Below, one piece after another: positions 1 through 10,121 of a stretch of DNA of 64,000 bases. A program made the position numbers and the translations under genes. The notes beneath the pieces were generated by a model. The model saw nothing but the letters and a program-made list of their open reading frames with translations, ran no database searches and was not told where the DNA came from. The stretch is from Candidatus Latescibacterota bacterium (lineage in GTDB: Bacteria; Latescibacterota; UBA2968). Where the stretch lies: contig OZ241986.1 of the NCBI GenBank assembly GCA_965204375.1, positions 928,001 through 992,000 on the forward strand, given 5' to 3'. Position 1 is the stretch's first letter. Each line of letters starts with the position of its first letter.

Positions 1-1097
1 ACCGCTCCCATTTTCCCAAACAAATCCCAAAACACATACCGCCCTGGCAAATCTTCTTGCCCATGTGATCTCAAATGCGCAAGCAAACTCACGCCATGAA
101 CTGGATGCTGTCCATTCATTTTGGGAATCTCAATGCCAGCCGCACCCAGCACAGTGGCAAACAAATCAAAATGCACAGCACCTGCATCAGATACCATCCC
201 TTTGGGAATAACACCCGGCCACTGCATCACCGCAGGCACGCGGATTCCACCTTCATATGTCATTCCTTTTTGCCCGCGTAAAGGGCCATTATTGCCCGGA
301 AATTTATCAATCATTGCACCATTATCGCTCAAGTAGATGACAAGTGTGTTATCTACGATAGCCAACTCATGCAATGTCGCCATGATTTTACCCACACCAT
401 CATCCATATGATCCAGCACCGCACAATAGTCGCGCTTGGGGAACTCAATACCGCGATCTTCATACTTTTTTAACCACTCGGCTTTGCCCGATGTTTTGGG
501 TGCCTGTTCTCGCCACAAGGGACCATGCACAGCATTGTAAGGCACATAACAAAAAAACGGCTTATCACGATGTTTCCGAATAAAGTCAATCGCATAACCA
601 GTAAACACATCCGTCAAATGATCTCCATGCACCATGGGCTGGTCATTGTGCAAAAGGCGACTACCATCAAAAGGCCAATAGGGGTGTGCACCACCCAAGA
701 ATCCGACAAATTCTTCAAAACCGCGCTCATTGGGCACATTGGGTGCATCATATCCCAAATGCCACTTGCCAAACATGCCAGTTTTATATCCTGCTTCCTT
801 CAAAAACTCGGGCAAAAGTTTTACATCATCATGAATGCGCCTTGGCAACGTATCTGTTTTCTGCCCCGGCAGTGATGGGCCACGCCACATGCCGCATTCC
901 AAAGAATACTGTCCAGAAAAAAGAGATGCACGCGTTGGCGCACAAAGTGGATTGACCCTCAACTGTGTAAAACGCACCCCATTTTTTGCAATCGCATCCA
1001 TCGTTGGTGTATCGACCTCTGTATCCCAATAACAACCCGCATCTCCATACCCCTGATCGTCTGAAACAATGATGAGAAAATTTGGTTTTGTGCCCAT
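1..1097 (-). CDS. Arylsulfatase-family sulfatase (3' end runs off the window)
   Basis: Not in the ORF track. Read manually from ATG at 1097: MGTKPNFLIIVSDDQGYGDAGCYWDTEVDTPTMDAIAKNGVRFTQLRVNPLCAPTRAS, with CxPTR formylglycine motif; FGKWHLG and YLSDNG occur downstream. Confidence 0.9.
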   Translation of the reverse strand, partial: MGTKPNFLIIVSDDQGYGDAGCYWDTEVDTPTMDAIAKNGVRFTQLRVNPLCAPTRASLFSGQYSLECGMWRGPSLPGQKTDTLPRRIHDDVKLLPEFLKEAGYKTGMFGKWHLGYDAPNVPNERGFEEFVGFLGGAHPYWPFDGSRLLHNDQPMVHGDHLTDVFTGYAIDFIRKHRDKPFFCYVPYNAVHGPLWREQAPKTSGKAEWLKKYEDRGIEFPKRDYCAVLDHMDDGVGKIMATLHELAIVDNTLVIYLSDNGAMIDKFPGNNGPLRGQKGMTYEGGIRVPAVMQWPGVIPKGMVSDAGAVHFDLFATVLGAAGIEIPKMNGQHPVHGVSLLAHLRSHGQEDLPGRYVFWDLFGKMGA

Positions 1098-1173
1098 AAT
1101 AATCTACCCGGTCTTCCAGATGTATTCCTCAGTTCAATTTCCGTGTCTTATCGTCCTGTCAATACCCAGTTTA

Positions 1174-1519
1174 TGGTTCGCTTCTATTTTCTTGATTAGA
1201 CCTCAGAGCCTGCAACAGTGCGAACGGCCTCGCTCCAGTCATCCCATCAGGCGTGCTTTGACGGTCTGCCTCCGGGAGACCGTTTAGCCAGGTTTGAGGG
1301 TCGTCTCGGCGCAAATGACTCGAGGTGTTTCCCGCCCACAGCCTGTCCCGCGCTGCAGCACAAAGTTTGGGGTCGAGAATATTTCGTTTAACGAGGAATC
1401 CGTTCGTAATAAATTGTTGGATCTCTTCTGTACTCAGTGCTGCCAATGCTGTATTCATGGAAATAAGCCTTCTTTCTTTAATACTGAACCATTATTGGTT
1501 CTCCTGCCTTCTAATTAAT
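1174..1519 (-). pseudogene. Internally deleted copy of the PhyH-family gene at 15248..16315
   Basis: Near-identical to 15226..15298 joined to 16104..16376. 805 bp are missing and the 3' end is frameshifted. Confidence 0.93.
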
Positions 1520-1656
1520 TTGTTCGATCAGATAATAAGCAAAATACAATCAAAAACAATCCCAATTACCACCGAATCACCAGAATACATCGACCTGACA
1601 TCGAATTCCATTGTAATCGTTCTCTCATATGCTGTGACGATGAATACAAATTCGTA

Positions 1657-1702
1657 TGGTGGGTGATACCGGATTCGAACCAGTAACTTCCTGCGTGTAA
1701 GG
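1657..1702 (-). other. 3' half of tRNA-Val(TAC); probable att-site remnant
   Basis: Reverse complement is CCTTACACGCAGGAAGTTACTGGTTCGAATCCGGTATCACCCACCA: anticodon loop, T-arm GGTTCGAATCC, CCA end. No 5' half upstream. Confidence 0.8.
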
Positions 1703-1704
1703 AA

Positions 1705-1751
1705 TCACTGAGTAATTGATTGCCTTATACTTCAAATTTTCTTTGAATATC
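1705..1751 (+). repeat. Diverged copy of the LacI upstream/operator segment 3271..3318
   Basis: TCACTGAGTAATTGATTGCCTTATA...CTTTGAATATC versus TCACTGAGTAATCGATTGCCTTATA...CTTTGAATATC. Confidence 0.85.
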
Positions 1752-1857
1752 TATTACAGGCACTATATTTAAATGATCGTTGATCGTATAAAATTACCTG
1801 GCCTGACCTCTGTCACGCAAAAACGAAATCTAAAAAAAATCGGCTTTTGATAGAAAG

Positions 1858-2874
1858 GTGGCTTCTTTGGAAAAACGAATATTGGGTCGTACTGGATTAG
1901 AAGTGGGTGCTCTGTCGCTTGGAGCAGCATTTGCAACGCGTGGAGAAGAGGGATTTGATGGCGCGAAGAACATCATTTTTGAGGCTTTGGAACTGGGGCT
2001 GAATCTGATCGATACATCCGCGGATTACGGTGACAGTGAAGCCGGGGTTGGTGAAGCAATGAAAGATATAAACCAGCCCTGCATCATATCTACGAAGCTG
2101 GGGCCAAGGTCGAAAGATTTTGACCCAAAGAATAAAGGGCAGCTGCGTGCGATAGTCGAAGAAAGCTTAAGGCTTCTTCATCGTGAAACGATAGATATAC
2201 TCATGATTCACGAACCGGATCGGCCGGGCCAGTTCGATTGGTGGGATGATCTTCGAACCTTTCAGGGCCCCGTAACCGAGTTGCTCCAGGAATTGAAGGA
2301 AGAAGGAATCATTCGGTTTACCGGTTTGGGTGGTACAACAGCCTATGAAGCTGTGCCCATCATTGCCACGGGGTTTTATGATGTTGTGTTGACAGCGTTC
2401 AATTCCAGCATGCTGTGGCGAGAAGCGCTGATTGAGTTGATACCGGAAGCCAGGCGACAGAATATGGGGATCCTAATGGCATCTCCCACGCAGCAAGGAT
2501 GGCTGGCAGAAAGGTACGATGAACAGATTGATCAGGCCAACTCCAGATGGTTGAATAAACCAAGGCGGGAGCAGTTAAAACTGCTCTACAAATTGGTTGA
2601 TGAAATCGGGATCCCTATTCCAGAACTGTCGTTACGTTGGGCGCTTGCCAATGCTGACGAATCGACGACTGTGCTGACGGGACCGCGGAACGTCGCACAA
2701 CTGCGGCAAAATGTCAACGCTGCCAGGGATGGTGCCCTTCCAAATGACATCATGGAACGTATCGACGAAATTGCGGCTATGGTTCCATTTCGTCCCTATG
2801 AAGAACCTTTTGGATGTCCCTTTCGACGGGATGATTTCGATCTTGTCAAGAGACCCGGACGTGCCAACCGTTGA
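1858..2874 (+). CDS. Aldo/keto reductase
   Basis: KRILGRTGLEVGALSLG, IDTSADYGDSE, ISTKLG, IDILMIHEP motifs. Confidence 0.92.
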   Translation: MASLEKRILGRTGLEVGALSLGAAFATRGEEGFDGAKNIIFEALELGLNLIDTSADYGDSEAGVGEAMKDINQPCIISTKLGPRSKDFDPKNKGQLRAIVEESLRLLHRETIDILMIHEPDRPGQFDWWDDLRTFQGPVTELLQELKEEGIIRFTGLGGTTAYEAVPIIATGFYDVVLTAFNSSMLWREALIELIPEARRQNMGILMASPTQQGWLAERYDEQIDQANSRWLNKPRREQLKLLYKLVDEIGIPIPELSLRWALANADESTTVLTGPRNVAQLRQNVNAARDGALPNDIMERIDEIAAMVPFRPYEEPFGCPFRRDDFDLVKRPGRANR

Positions 2875-3340
2875 TCATAATAGCTGAGAGCGTTGATGGT
2901 AGAAAGAACGGATCACCATCCGCTATTTTAGGTGATCGGTCGCTGTTCTTATATCCAGTCAAAACACTGCAAAGCCAGCAAGACTATAGATCCCTGTTCA
3001 TTAGTATCTTTATCGGTTTGCCGATTTCGTTTAGGGCATCACCATGATTATGAATCAAGGCAGGTTCGTTTCTTTCGGGTTCAAGGTTTCTATCGACGGC
3101 ATGTCTGGCGTAATTGTTCCCTTTAGAACGGTACTGTCTTTGCCCGCTGCCAATAGGAGTCACATGCGGGGTGACCGCAAGGAACTGTATGACGGGTTCA
3201 TCACCTAGAACTTTCGGCAACATCCCTACCACCGATATGCCATTTATTCGTCCTATCCGCCTACAGAACCTCACTGAGTAATCGATTGCCTTATAATATG
3301 AAATATACTTTGAATATCATGTTATATATCGTATATTATC

Positions 3341-3360
3341 TTGAGTAAACGATTACTCAA
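3341..3360. promoter_or_regulatory. LacI-family operator (probable autoregulatory site)
   Basis: Near-perfect palindrome TTGAGTAAACGATTACTCAA with central CG, 28 bp upstream of the LacI ATG. Weaker second site CTGAGTAATCGATTGCCTTA at 3274..3293. Confidence 0.75.
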
Positions 3361-3388
3361 GATAATATATAATTCAAAGGAAAATTTG

Positions 3389-4402
3389 ATGAATTCTCGA
3401 CGACAGGCGACGCTTTCTGACATCGCCCAGGACGTTGGCGTGAGCACGGCAACGGTTTCGCGCGTGCTTGCAAACGCCCCAGGCCATCGCGCTGGCAAAG
3501 ACACGCGGCGCGCGATCCTGGAGGTTGCGGAGCGGCTGGATTACCAGCCCAACGTGGCAGCTCGCGCCCTTTCGACAGGCCAAGCGCCGCTGATCGGCAT
3601 TGTGATGCCTTCGCTGGCCGCTGAGCAGTTTCCGGCTATCATTGCGGGTGTTGAGGAGGAGGCCGTTGCATCGGGTTATCAGACAGTCGTCATTTCGGGT
3701 GGTCGCCCCAACAAGTCATCGCAAGTCGCAGCCATCCAGGCGATCCAGACGCATCATGTGAGCGGCGTGATTGTTTGTCCTATGGATGCCGAAGAAGACG
3801 AGGCCCTGCGCACAGAAGCTGAGGGTCTGCCCCCGATGGTTCTCGTCGAACGTCCCATTCCGCACCCATCTGCACCGACCGTCGCGGCTGACAACCGCAA
3901 TGGCGGCTGGCAGTGCGGGCAATGGCTGGGCACACAGGGATGCGATCGGGCGCTATTTGTGCATTCTTCGCAACAGAATTTCCCCTCGATTTGGACGCAG
4001 CGGTCTGCTGGCATGACCGAGGCGCTCACGGCAACCGCTTGTGAGCACCGCAATCTGTTTCTGGATGATGCAAGCAGTCTCTCTGAGTACTTCCGGTGGT
4101 TGTTCCAGGCGGAGCGACCAGGCATGTGTCTGGCCTCCTTCTTCTCGTTGCGCAGGTTACTGCGACAAGTCAGCGCCTGCGATCTTGATTTGCCAACCTC
4201 ACTGCGTCTTTGCGGTTTCGATCGCGCCGTGTTTAGTCTCGACGACGTGGCTGCGATGACCGCTCTTGGGCACCTTGATCAGCCGCCCCACTACGTACAT
4301 TACTCAGGCCAAGAAATCGGCCATCAGGCTGCCAGACTGTTGCTCCAGCGTCTGGAGAATGGGGCATGGTCGCAGCAGACAATCGTCGTGCCTGTAAGCT
4401 GA
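3389..4402 (+). CDS. LacI-family transcriptional regulator
   Basis: HTH TLSDIAQDVGVSTATVSRVL, hinge YQPNVAARAL, periplasmic-binding-fold C-terminus. AAAGG RBS before ATG 3389. Confidence 0.95.
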   Translation: MNSRRQATLSDIAQDVGVSTATVSRVLANAPGHRAGKDTRRAILEVAERLDYQPNVAARALSTGQAPLIGIVMPSLAAEQFPAIIAGVEEEAVASGYQTVVISGGRPNKSSQVAAIQAIQTHHVSGVIVCPMDAEEDEALRTEAEGLPPMVLVERPIPHPSAPTVAADNRNGGWQCGQWLGTQGCDRALFVHSSQQNFPSIWTQRSAGMTEALTATACEHRNLFLDDASSLSEYFRWLFQAERPGMCLASFFSLRRLLRQVSACDLDLPTSLRLCGFDRAVFSLDDVAAMTALGHLDQPPHYVHYSGQEIGHQAARLLLQRLENGAWSQQTIVVPVS

Positions 4403-4492
4403 CTGAACAACCATCACAATGGCCATTCAGGAATCTATTGTGACTGGGAATCGTGTTGCGGTGGACTGTTAGGTAAAGGGGAAATTGCTATC

Positions 4493-4825
4493 ATGAAACG
4501 ACTAGTGGAATTCGTCATTGCTGGTGTTCTGGCGCTGTGTGTAGCTCATGCAGCCGAAGACAAGCAGGCGCAGATTCAAGAGATCAAACCCACACGCACG
4601 TCACAACCCGAGGGACAAAATACCAACATCATCGGCAACAAGGGATATGTTCACGTTGAGAACATCGACGGCGTCTGGTTCATGATCGACGGAGAGGGAA
4701 CACGGTTCGTCCCAACGGGCATGAATCATGTGGGACCCATGTCGAGATTTGCCCCTTATAACAAGGACCATTGGATTCAACAATTCGGTGAAGGAATCTT
4801 CAGCCCACAGGGCCTGATCAACTGA
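4493..4825 (+). pseudogene. Truncated secreted agarase-like glycoside hydrolase (N-terminal fragment)
   Basis: Signal peptide, then IDGVWFMIDGEGTRFVPTGMNH, homologous to the starts of the next two genes; stops at 110 aa. Confidence 0.65.
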
Positions 4826-4832
4826 CAGGGAA

Positions 4833-5921
4833 ATGATGACCATGCAAGAATCTAAAACGACCCAATCTGAGGCCAAGGGGTTTTTTACACTTGATCAGCG
4901 GAAAGGGCACTGGTGGTTGATTACACCTGATGGGCGACCTTTCTTTTCTATGGGTGTCAACCATATCGATCCTGCGACCATGCGTTATCTCGAAAATATT
5001 GAACTCTGGCGCAATAAATATGACGGAAACACGATCAAATGGATTCAGAAATCTGTTGCGCCGAACCTGACACAGTGGGGGTTCAATTCCATTGGGTGGG
5101 TTCAGGAAGTGACGGTGCGAAAATGGCAGCATTCCCGTGCTTTTACACCTGAAGAATATCAGGCGCTCAATATGCCATACTGCCATCTTCTGCCATTTAC
5201 AGAATCGCACCAGTGGGAACAGCATACGCGTCACTACGACTTTAACAGCTCTGAGTGGGAAGAATGGTGCGACTACGTGGTGCGATCACATTGTGCTGAA
5301 CTGAGTGAAGATGCCAATCTGATCGGGTACTTTTACAGTGATTGCCCAACCTGGGTTCACGCTAACCCTGCAAATAAATGGCGTGGCCCTATCTTTGACC
5401 CTGATCTGCTCAAAACGGAAGCGGGGCGACAAGAACTTTCGGCATTGGCCAGCAAGTATTATAAAACGACGCATGATGCGATCCGTCGCTATGACAAACA
5501 CCACCTGATCTTGGGGGATCGCTATGAAGCCAATGCCCCAATAGCGATGGAAGTTGTGAAAGCGGCTTTGCCATATGTTGATGTGCTATCGTTTCAGGAT
5601 TTTCGTGACCCGGTTACCCATCTAGACGAATGGCACACGAAAACGGGAAAGCCGGTGTTGCTTGCCGATGCGGCGAGAATGAATTGGCATACCGAGCCAG
5701 GTGAATTTACGCGCAACGATGGTCAATGGTACGCGGAGACACTGGCAGAAATACACAAGAATCCAGGGTGCATTGGCTTTCATCTTTGCGGTGCTTACCA
5801 GCGCAACAGAGCACGGCGTTACGGCCTGATAGACGAAGAGGAACAACCCGATCATGAAAACGTAGATTTGATGAAAGCGGCCAACGAAAAAATCAACCAG
5901 TGGATGGATGAGCAATTCTGA
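4833..5921 (+). CDS. Putative glycoside hydrolase, agarase (GH50)-like TIM barrel
   Basis: WWLITPDGRPFFSMGVNH, NLIGYFYSD, AIRRYDKHHLILGDRY, TGKPVLLAD motifs. Confidence 0.7.
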   Translation: MMTMQESKTTQSEAKGFFTLDQRKGHWWLITPDGRPFFSMGVNHIDPATMRYLENIELWRNKYDGNTIKWIQKSVAPNLTQWGFNSIGWVQEVTVRKWQHSRAFTPEEYQALNMPYCHLLPFTESHQWEQHTRHYDFNSSEWEEWCDYVVRSHCAELSEDANLIGYFYSDCPTWVHANPANKWRGPIFDPDLLKTEAGRQELSALASKYYKTTHDAIRRYDKHHLILGDRYEANAPIAMEVVKAALPYVDVLSFQDFRDPVTHLDEWHTKTGKPVLLADAARMNWHTEPGEFTRNDGQWYAETLAEIHKNPGCIGFHLCGAYQRNRARRYGLIDEEEQPDHENVDLMKAANEKINQWMDEQF

Positions 5922-5969
5922 AATCGTGCTGGATTATGAACAGTAGAGACTTTTACCAGGAGGTTTTCC

Positions 5970-6174
5970 ATGCAGATGACCCAAACGCAGAAACGGCAGT
6001 TTTTTGAAGAAGGGTATTTGATTGTACGAGGCGCGATTCCCAAATTGATGGTAGAGCAAGCACGTAAGGCGATCAATCACCATATGGGGTCGCATGTCAA
6101 CGGATGCGATGGTTGATATCTGGCGCGAGTTTGAAGGGCTTAAGGATGTCAAAGAGGAAGCGATGGCCGTTTGA
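5970..6174 (+). pseudogene. Hollowed PhyH-family gene remnant
   Basis: AGGAGG RBS and MQMTQTQKRQFFEEGYLIVRGAIPKLMVEQARKAINHH (PhyH N-terminus), joined out of frame to a C-terminus-like TDAMVDIWREFEGLKDVKEEAMAV*. Confidence 0.75.
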
Positions 6175-6248
6175 TTTTAAGGCGCATCGCTCAATGAACA
6201 GAACGACAGATCTTTGTTACTTCGCAGCTTGAAAGGAGTTTACGTCAC

Positions 6249-8489
6249 ATGGAACATCTAACCTATCACCAATTTGCTGCGGGCATCTGGACGCTCACTC
6301 TGATATTCGCTACGTCTTTTGCATCCGCAGCACAGGAACAATCCGCCATTGGGCTGGCCGAGATCGAAGGCCGCACCTGGCTGATCACCCCTGAGGGAAA
6401 ACCATTCTTCGCCCACGGGATTACCCATATGACCAACCGAAGCCTACGGACCGACTACAGCGCGGCCTCGAGGGCCTGCAAGAATCTCGGGTTCAATGCC
6501 TACGGGTATGGGTGCCCGAATGAACTGAAGAGCGATATGCCCTACGTGGAAGGTCGTAACTACGTCCCCATCTCGACGTATCGCGCCAATGGGGGGAGTT
6601 TCCGCTTCATCGACATCTTTGATCCTCAAGAGCAGCAGAAACTGACAGCGCAGGTCAAGCAGTCCTGTCTCCAGAACCGCGACAACCCAAACCTGATCGG
6701 CTACTACTGGACCGATCTCGGGGCCTGGCCGCTGAAGAATTCCGTCGGTAAGAACTGGGTGGACTTCATCCGGGAGCTGCCTGCCGATGCTCCCGGACAT
6801 AAGGCCTATGCTGAGTTTTTAAAGACCTGGCAGGGCGATGACGCGCAAGCACGGGATCTTGGCTTTCTTCGGACCATTGCACGCGAGTATTTTCGCGTCA
6901 TGGGCGAGGCGAACCGGAAACACGATCCGGATCATCTTATCTTTGGAGATCGCTTCGCCTTCAATACGCTCGTCCCCGAAGTGCTGGAGGAAATGGTGCC
7001 ATGGGTTGACGCCATTGCCATTCAGCCGCCTTTTCAGCCCGGGTTTCCCAAGGCGAAGTATGAAGAGATTCACGAGCTGACCGGAAAACCCATTTTGATC
7101 TGTGACTTCGCGATTCGATTTAAGGATGGTGACAAGTCGATCCGCGGCTGGAAGCTCCAGGACAACGCCCGGATAGCCGGAGAGCGTTACGCGGAATACA
7201 TCCGCGTCGCACTGGAGACGCCCTACATCATCGGGGCCTTCTGGTGCAATCCCGTCGACTCGACGCCCGCCTTCAATAGAGGGGGACTCAAGCAAGGGTT
7301 TTTCGGTGATGGGCTGACGCCGCGACCGGGCCTGAGCGAAGTGGTGATCGAGCTGAACCGTCACATTGCCCAAGTCACTCCTGATCGTGTGGATGCGCCC
7401 GAGGTGGCAGAAGCTCCCGAAGCGCGCTCGGACAGGCGGTTGCGTGACATCGTCGCAGAGAAATTCCCAAAAGGCAATGTGTATATCGGGGCAACCTCCA
7501 TGTCGCCCCGGGGGCCCCAGGGACAGATCCTGGCTCGGGAGTTCAGTTACATCACGCCTGCCAATGATTTCAAGCAGACCTACATCCACCCTGAACCTGG
7601 GCAGTGGCGATGGGAAAGACCGGATCGCTGGGTTGAATTTGCGGAACAACACAACCAGGTGATCAGGATGCACGGGCCTATTTCTCCGCAGTGCTCACCG
7701 TGGACCAAGGCCGACGACCGAACCGCTGAAGAACTGGAACAGAACCTGGAAGAGTTCATGACCGCCTTGTGCAAGCGTTATAATGGTCACGAAAACATCC
7801 TGTGGATGGACGTCGTGAACGAGACGGTGAACCCGGACGGCACATGGAAGAAAGCCGAACCCGGCGCAAATTGGGAGATGCCCTGGGAAAAGATTGGGTA
7901 TGAAAAGACCCCGGCAGAGTTCAAGCATCTGGATGGACAGATCCCCAAATATATCATCCAGGCCTTCCGCATCGCCACGGAATATGCCCCGGACATCAAG
8001 CTGGTCATCAACCAGCACATCGGCCTGGAAGAACCCGCGTGGAACAAAGTGAAAGATACGGTTCTCTACCTGCGTTCCATCGGCTGCCGGGTGGATGGTG
8101 TCGGTTGGCAGGCACACATCAAGTTGATCAGAGACGATCCCAGTCAGTGGGAAACCGGCGCCATCAATACCCAGGATCTGTCCGACCTGATCGCCTGGGC
8201 GCATGAGCACGACCTTGAGTTTCATGTCACCGAAAACAATCTTCACGTCAGGCCGGAAGATGAAGGGAATGTCGATGAGCATGCCGCAGTTTATGCAGGG
8301 ATATTCAAGGCGCTTCTGGAAAACCGGCACAGCGGCGTGGTGACGTGGAATTTGTGGGACATCAAAGACGTCCGGCATTATGCGAGGAGGAACGTCGTAA
8401 AGATCGGGCTCTGGGACCGGAACCTTCGACCCAAACAAGCCTATTATGAATTGCAGCAACTGCTCGAAAATCCGCCCCCGATGAAATAG
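6249..8489 (+). CDS. Secreted two-domain glycoside hydrolase: agarase-like domain plus GH10 xylanase-like domain
   Basis: Signal peptide. N-domain [14 protein letters not shown]...[12 protein letters not shown]-domain [31 protein letters not shown] (GH10 catalytic motifs). Confidence 0.85.
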   Translation: MEHLTYHQFAAGIWTLTLIFATSFASAAQEQSAIGLAEIEGRTWLITPEGKPFFAHGITHMTNRSLRTDYSAASRACKNLGFNAYGYGCPNELKSDMPYVEGRNYVPISTYRANGGSFRFIDIFDPQEQQKLTAQVKQSCLQNRDNPNLIGYYWTDLGAWPLKNSVGKNWVDFIRELPADAPGHKAYAEFLKTWQGDDAQARDLGFLRTIAREYFRVMGEANRKHDPDHLIFGDRFAFNTLVPEVLEEMVPWVDAIAIQPPFQPGFPKAKYEEIHELTGKPILICDFAIRFKDGDKSIRGWKLQDNARIAGERYAEYIRVALETPYIIGAFWCNPVDSTPAFNRGGLKQGFFGDGLTPRPGLSEVVIELNRHIAQVTPDRVDAPEVAEAPEARSDRRLRDIVAEKFPKGNVYIGATSMSPRGPQGQILAREFSYITPANDFKQTYIHPEPGQWRWERPDRWVEFAEQHNQVIRMHGPISPQCSPWTKADDRTAEELEQNLEEFMTALCKRYNGHENILWMDVVNETVNPDGTWKKAEPGANWEMPWEKIGYEKTPAEFKHLDGQIPKYIIQAFRIATEYAPDIKLVINQHIGLEEPAWNKVKDTVLYLRSIGCRVDGVGWQAHIKLIRDDPSQWETGAINTQDLSDLIAWAHEHDLEFHVTENNLHVRPEDEGNVDEHAAVYAGIFKALLENRHSGVVTWNLWDIKDVRHYARRNVVKIGLWDRNLRPKQAYYELQQLLENPPPMK

Positions 8490-8518
8490 AGCGTACCTCG
8501 AAATACAAGGAAAAGTTG

Positions 8519-8665
8519 ATGAATTCTCGACGACAGGCTACGCTTTCTGACATCGCCCAGGACGTTGGTGTGAGTACCGCAACCGTATCGCGCGTGCTCG
8601 CAAATGCCCCTGGTCATCGAGTCGGTACGCAAAATGACAATCAAGGAGCAATCTATGTCCAGTAA
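8519..8665 (+). pseudogene. LacI HTH-only stub (48 codons)
   Basis: First 34 codons encode the same peptide as LacI at 3389 (MNSRRQATLSDIAQDVGVSTATVSRVLANAPGHR), followed by 14 unrelated codons and TAA. Confidence 0.88.
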
Positions 8666-10064
8666 TCGTCCCAACATCCTCGTCATCATGTCCGACACCC
8701 ATGCCACCTGGGCAACGGGCTGTTATGGTTCTGAAATTGCCCTTACACCAAACATTGACCGCCTGGCGGCTGAAGGCATTTGCTTTGACCGCGCCTATTC
8801 ACAAAATCCAATCTGTGTACCGTGTCGCCAATCGCTGGTCACCGGCCAATACTCATTCCAATGCGGCGTGCTGCAAAACGACACCCCAATGCCAGAACTC
8901 TATACCATGGCCCACCACCTTGGCAAAGCGGGGTATGACACGGCAGCATTGGGCAAAATGCACTTTATCCCCGACACAGAATCCTCATTGGGCAAGGAAC
9001 GCCATCATGGCTTTACCGACCGCATCGACTACGAAGAATTTTGGCATTACCTCCGCAACGAGCGTGGCTGTCCACCCGTAGAAGGTCACCCCGACGATCC
9101 CTGGCAGGTCATCCACCTCGAACTGATCCAACACGCACTCCAACGCCCACTCATCACGCCCTCGGAAACAGGCGTTCAGGGTAACTGGGGCACATTGCCG
9201 CACGAAGACCATCAAGAATATATGGTTCTAAACGCCTGGGAAGAATATCTCGCACAGGAGCGTGAAAATCCATTTTTTACATTTGTCAGTTTTCAAAGCC
9301 CCCACGGTCCCTCATTGCCAACACCCGAATGTTTAGAACCATTCCTCGGCGACATCCCCCTGCCTGACCCGCCTTTAGAATCCATGTTGCAGCACCCCGT
9401 CTGGCACAAAGCCATACGTAATCTCGACGAAGAGCGACGCCGAGAATGGACCCGATATTATTACGCCTTTGCAAACTACACCGATTGGTGTGTCGGCGAA
9501 GCCCTGCGTTTGCTCGACGAATCTGGTAAGCGTGACAACACACTTGTGATTTATCTTTCCGACCATGGCGATATGGGCTTTAACCACGGCCTTATGGGCA
9601 AAACGCAATTCTACGAAGAATCCGTACGCGTGCCCCTCGTGATGCACAAACCCGACACCATCTCAGCAGGACAACACCACACTGGGCTTGTCGAACTCAT
9701 CGACCTCTTCCCCACATTCTGCGACGTCGCAGGCACCGAACCGCCCGAGCTTTCTGGCCGTTCGCTCTGGTCTGATATCTGCAACCAGAATTACGTGGGC
9801 AAAGATGCGGTCTATTCCGAAAGCTATCCCATGACACGCAACGTCGAAGTCTTTGGCCCGCGCCCACATCGCATGGTGCTCACCGATGAATGGAAACTCA
9901 TTCAATACGGCGACATCTGCGTTGACCTCTTTGATGTACAAAAAGACCAGGACAACCATCACAATCTGGCCAATGACCCGGAGCACAACGCCACAGCAAC
10001 ACAATTGCTTCATCAACTCAACGATCGTTTGGGCCCACTCCCCACAGAGGATGTTTGGCGCTGA
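8655..10064 (+). CDS. Sulfatase (choline-sulfatase-like)
   Basis: PNILVIMSD, CVPCR, GKMH, YLSDHGD. AAGGAG RBS before ATG 8655. Confidence 0.93.
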   Translation: MSSNRPNILVIMSDTHATWATGCYGSEIALTPNIDRLAAEGICFDRAYSQNPICVPCRQSLVTGQYSFQCGVLQNDTPMPELYTMAHHLGKAGYDTAALGKMHFIPDTESSLGKERHHGFTDRIDYEEFWHYLRNERGCPPVEGHPDDPWQVIHLELIQHALQRPLITPSETGVQGNWGTLPHEDHQEYMVLNAWEEYLAQERENPFFTFVSFQSPHGPSLPTPECLEPFLGDIPLPDPPLESMLQHPVWHKAIRNLDEERRREWTRYYYAFANYTDWCVGEALRLLDESGKRDNTLVIYLSDHGDMGFNHGLMGKTQFYEESVRVPLVMHKPDTISAGQHHTGLVELIDLFPTFCDVAGTEPPELSGRSLWSDICNQNYVGKDAVYSESYPMTRNVEVFGPRPHRMVLTDEWKLIQYGDICVDLFDVQKDQDNHHNLANDPEHNATATQLLHQLNDRLGPLPTEDVWR

Positions 10065-10121
10065 TGCAGTTTCAAACAGCACATGGCAATGCACACCACA
10101 CAACGTAGAAGGACCTAAGAA

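Noticed and set aside
1657-1702. Functional tRNA-Val
   Set aside because: The D-arm, the 5' acceptor strand and the 5' anticodon-stem strand are absent.
2904-2950. Bulged inverted repeat AAGAAC-GATCACC...GGTGATC-GTTCTT as an integron attC site
   Set aside because: It lacks the RYYYAAC/GTTRRRY ends and I did not see it repeated between other genes. More likely a terminator-like hairpin.
2984-3274. 96-aa minus-strand ORF
   Set aside because: No RBS or recognisable motif, and it starts inside the operator segment. It may be debris but cannot be supported.
4403-4474. GTTAGGT upstream of a gene as an attC core
   Set aside because: No matching ACCTAAC inverse core or paired L boxes.
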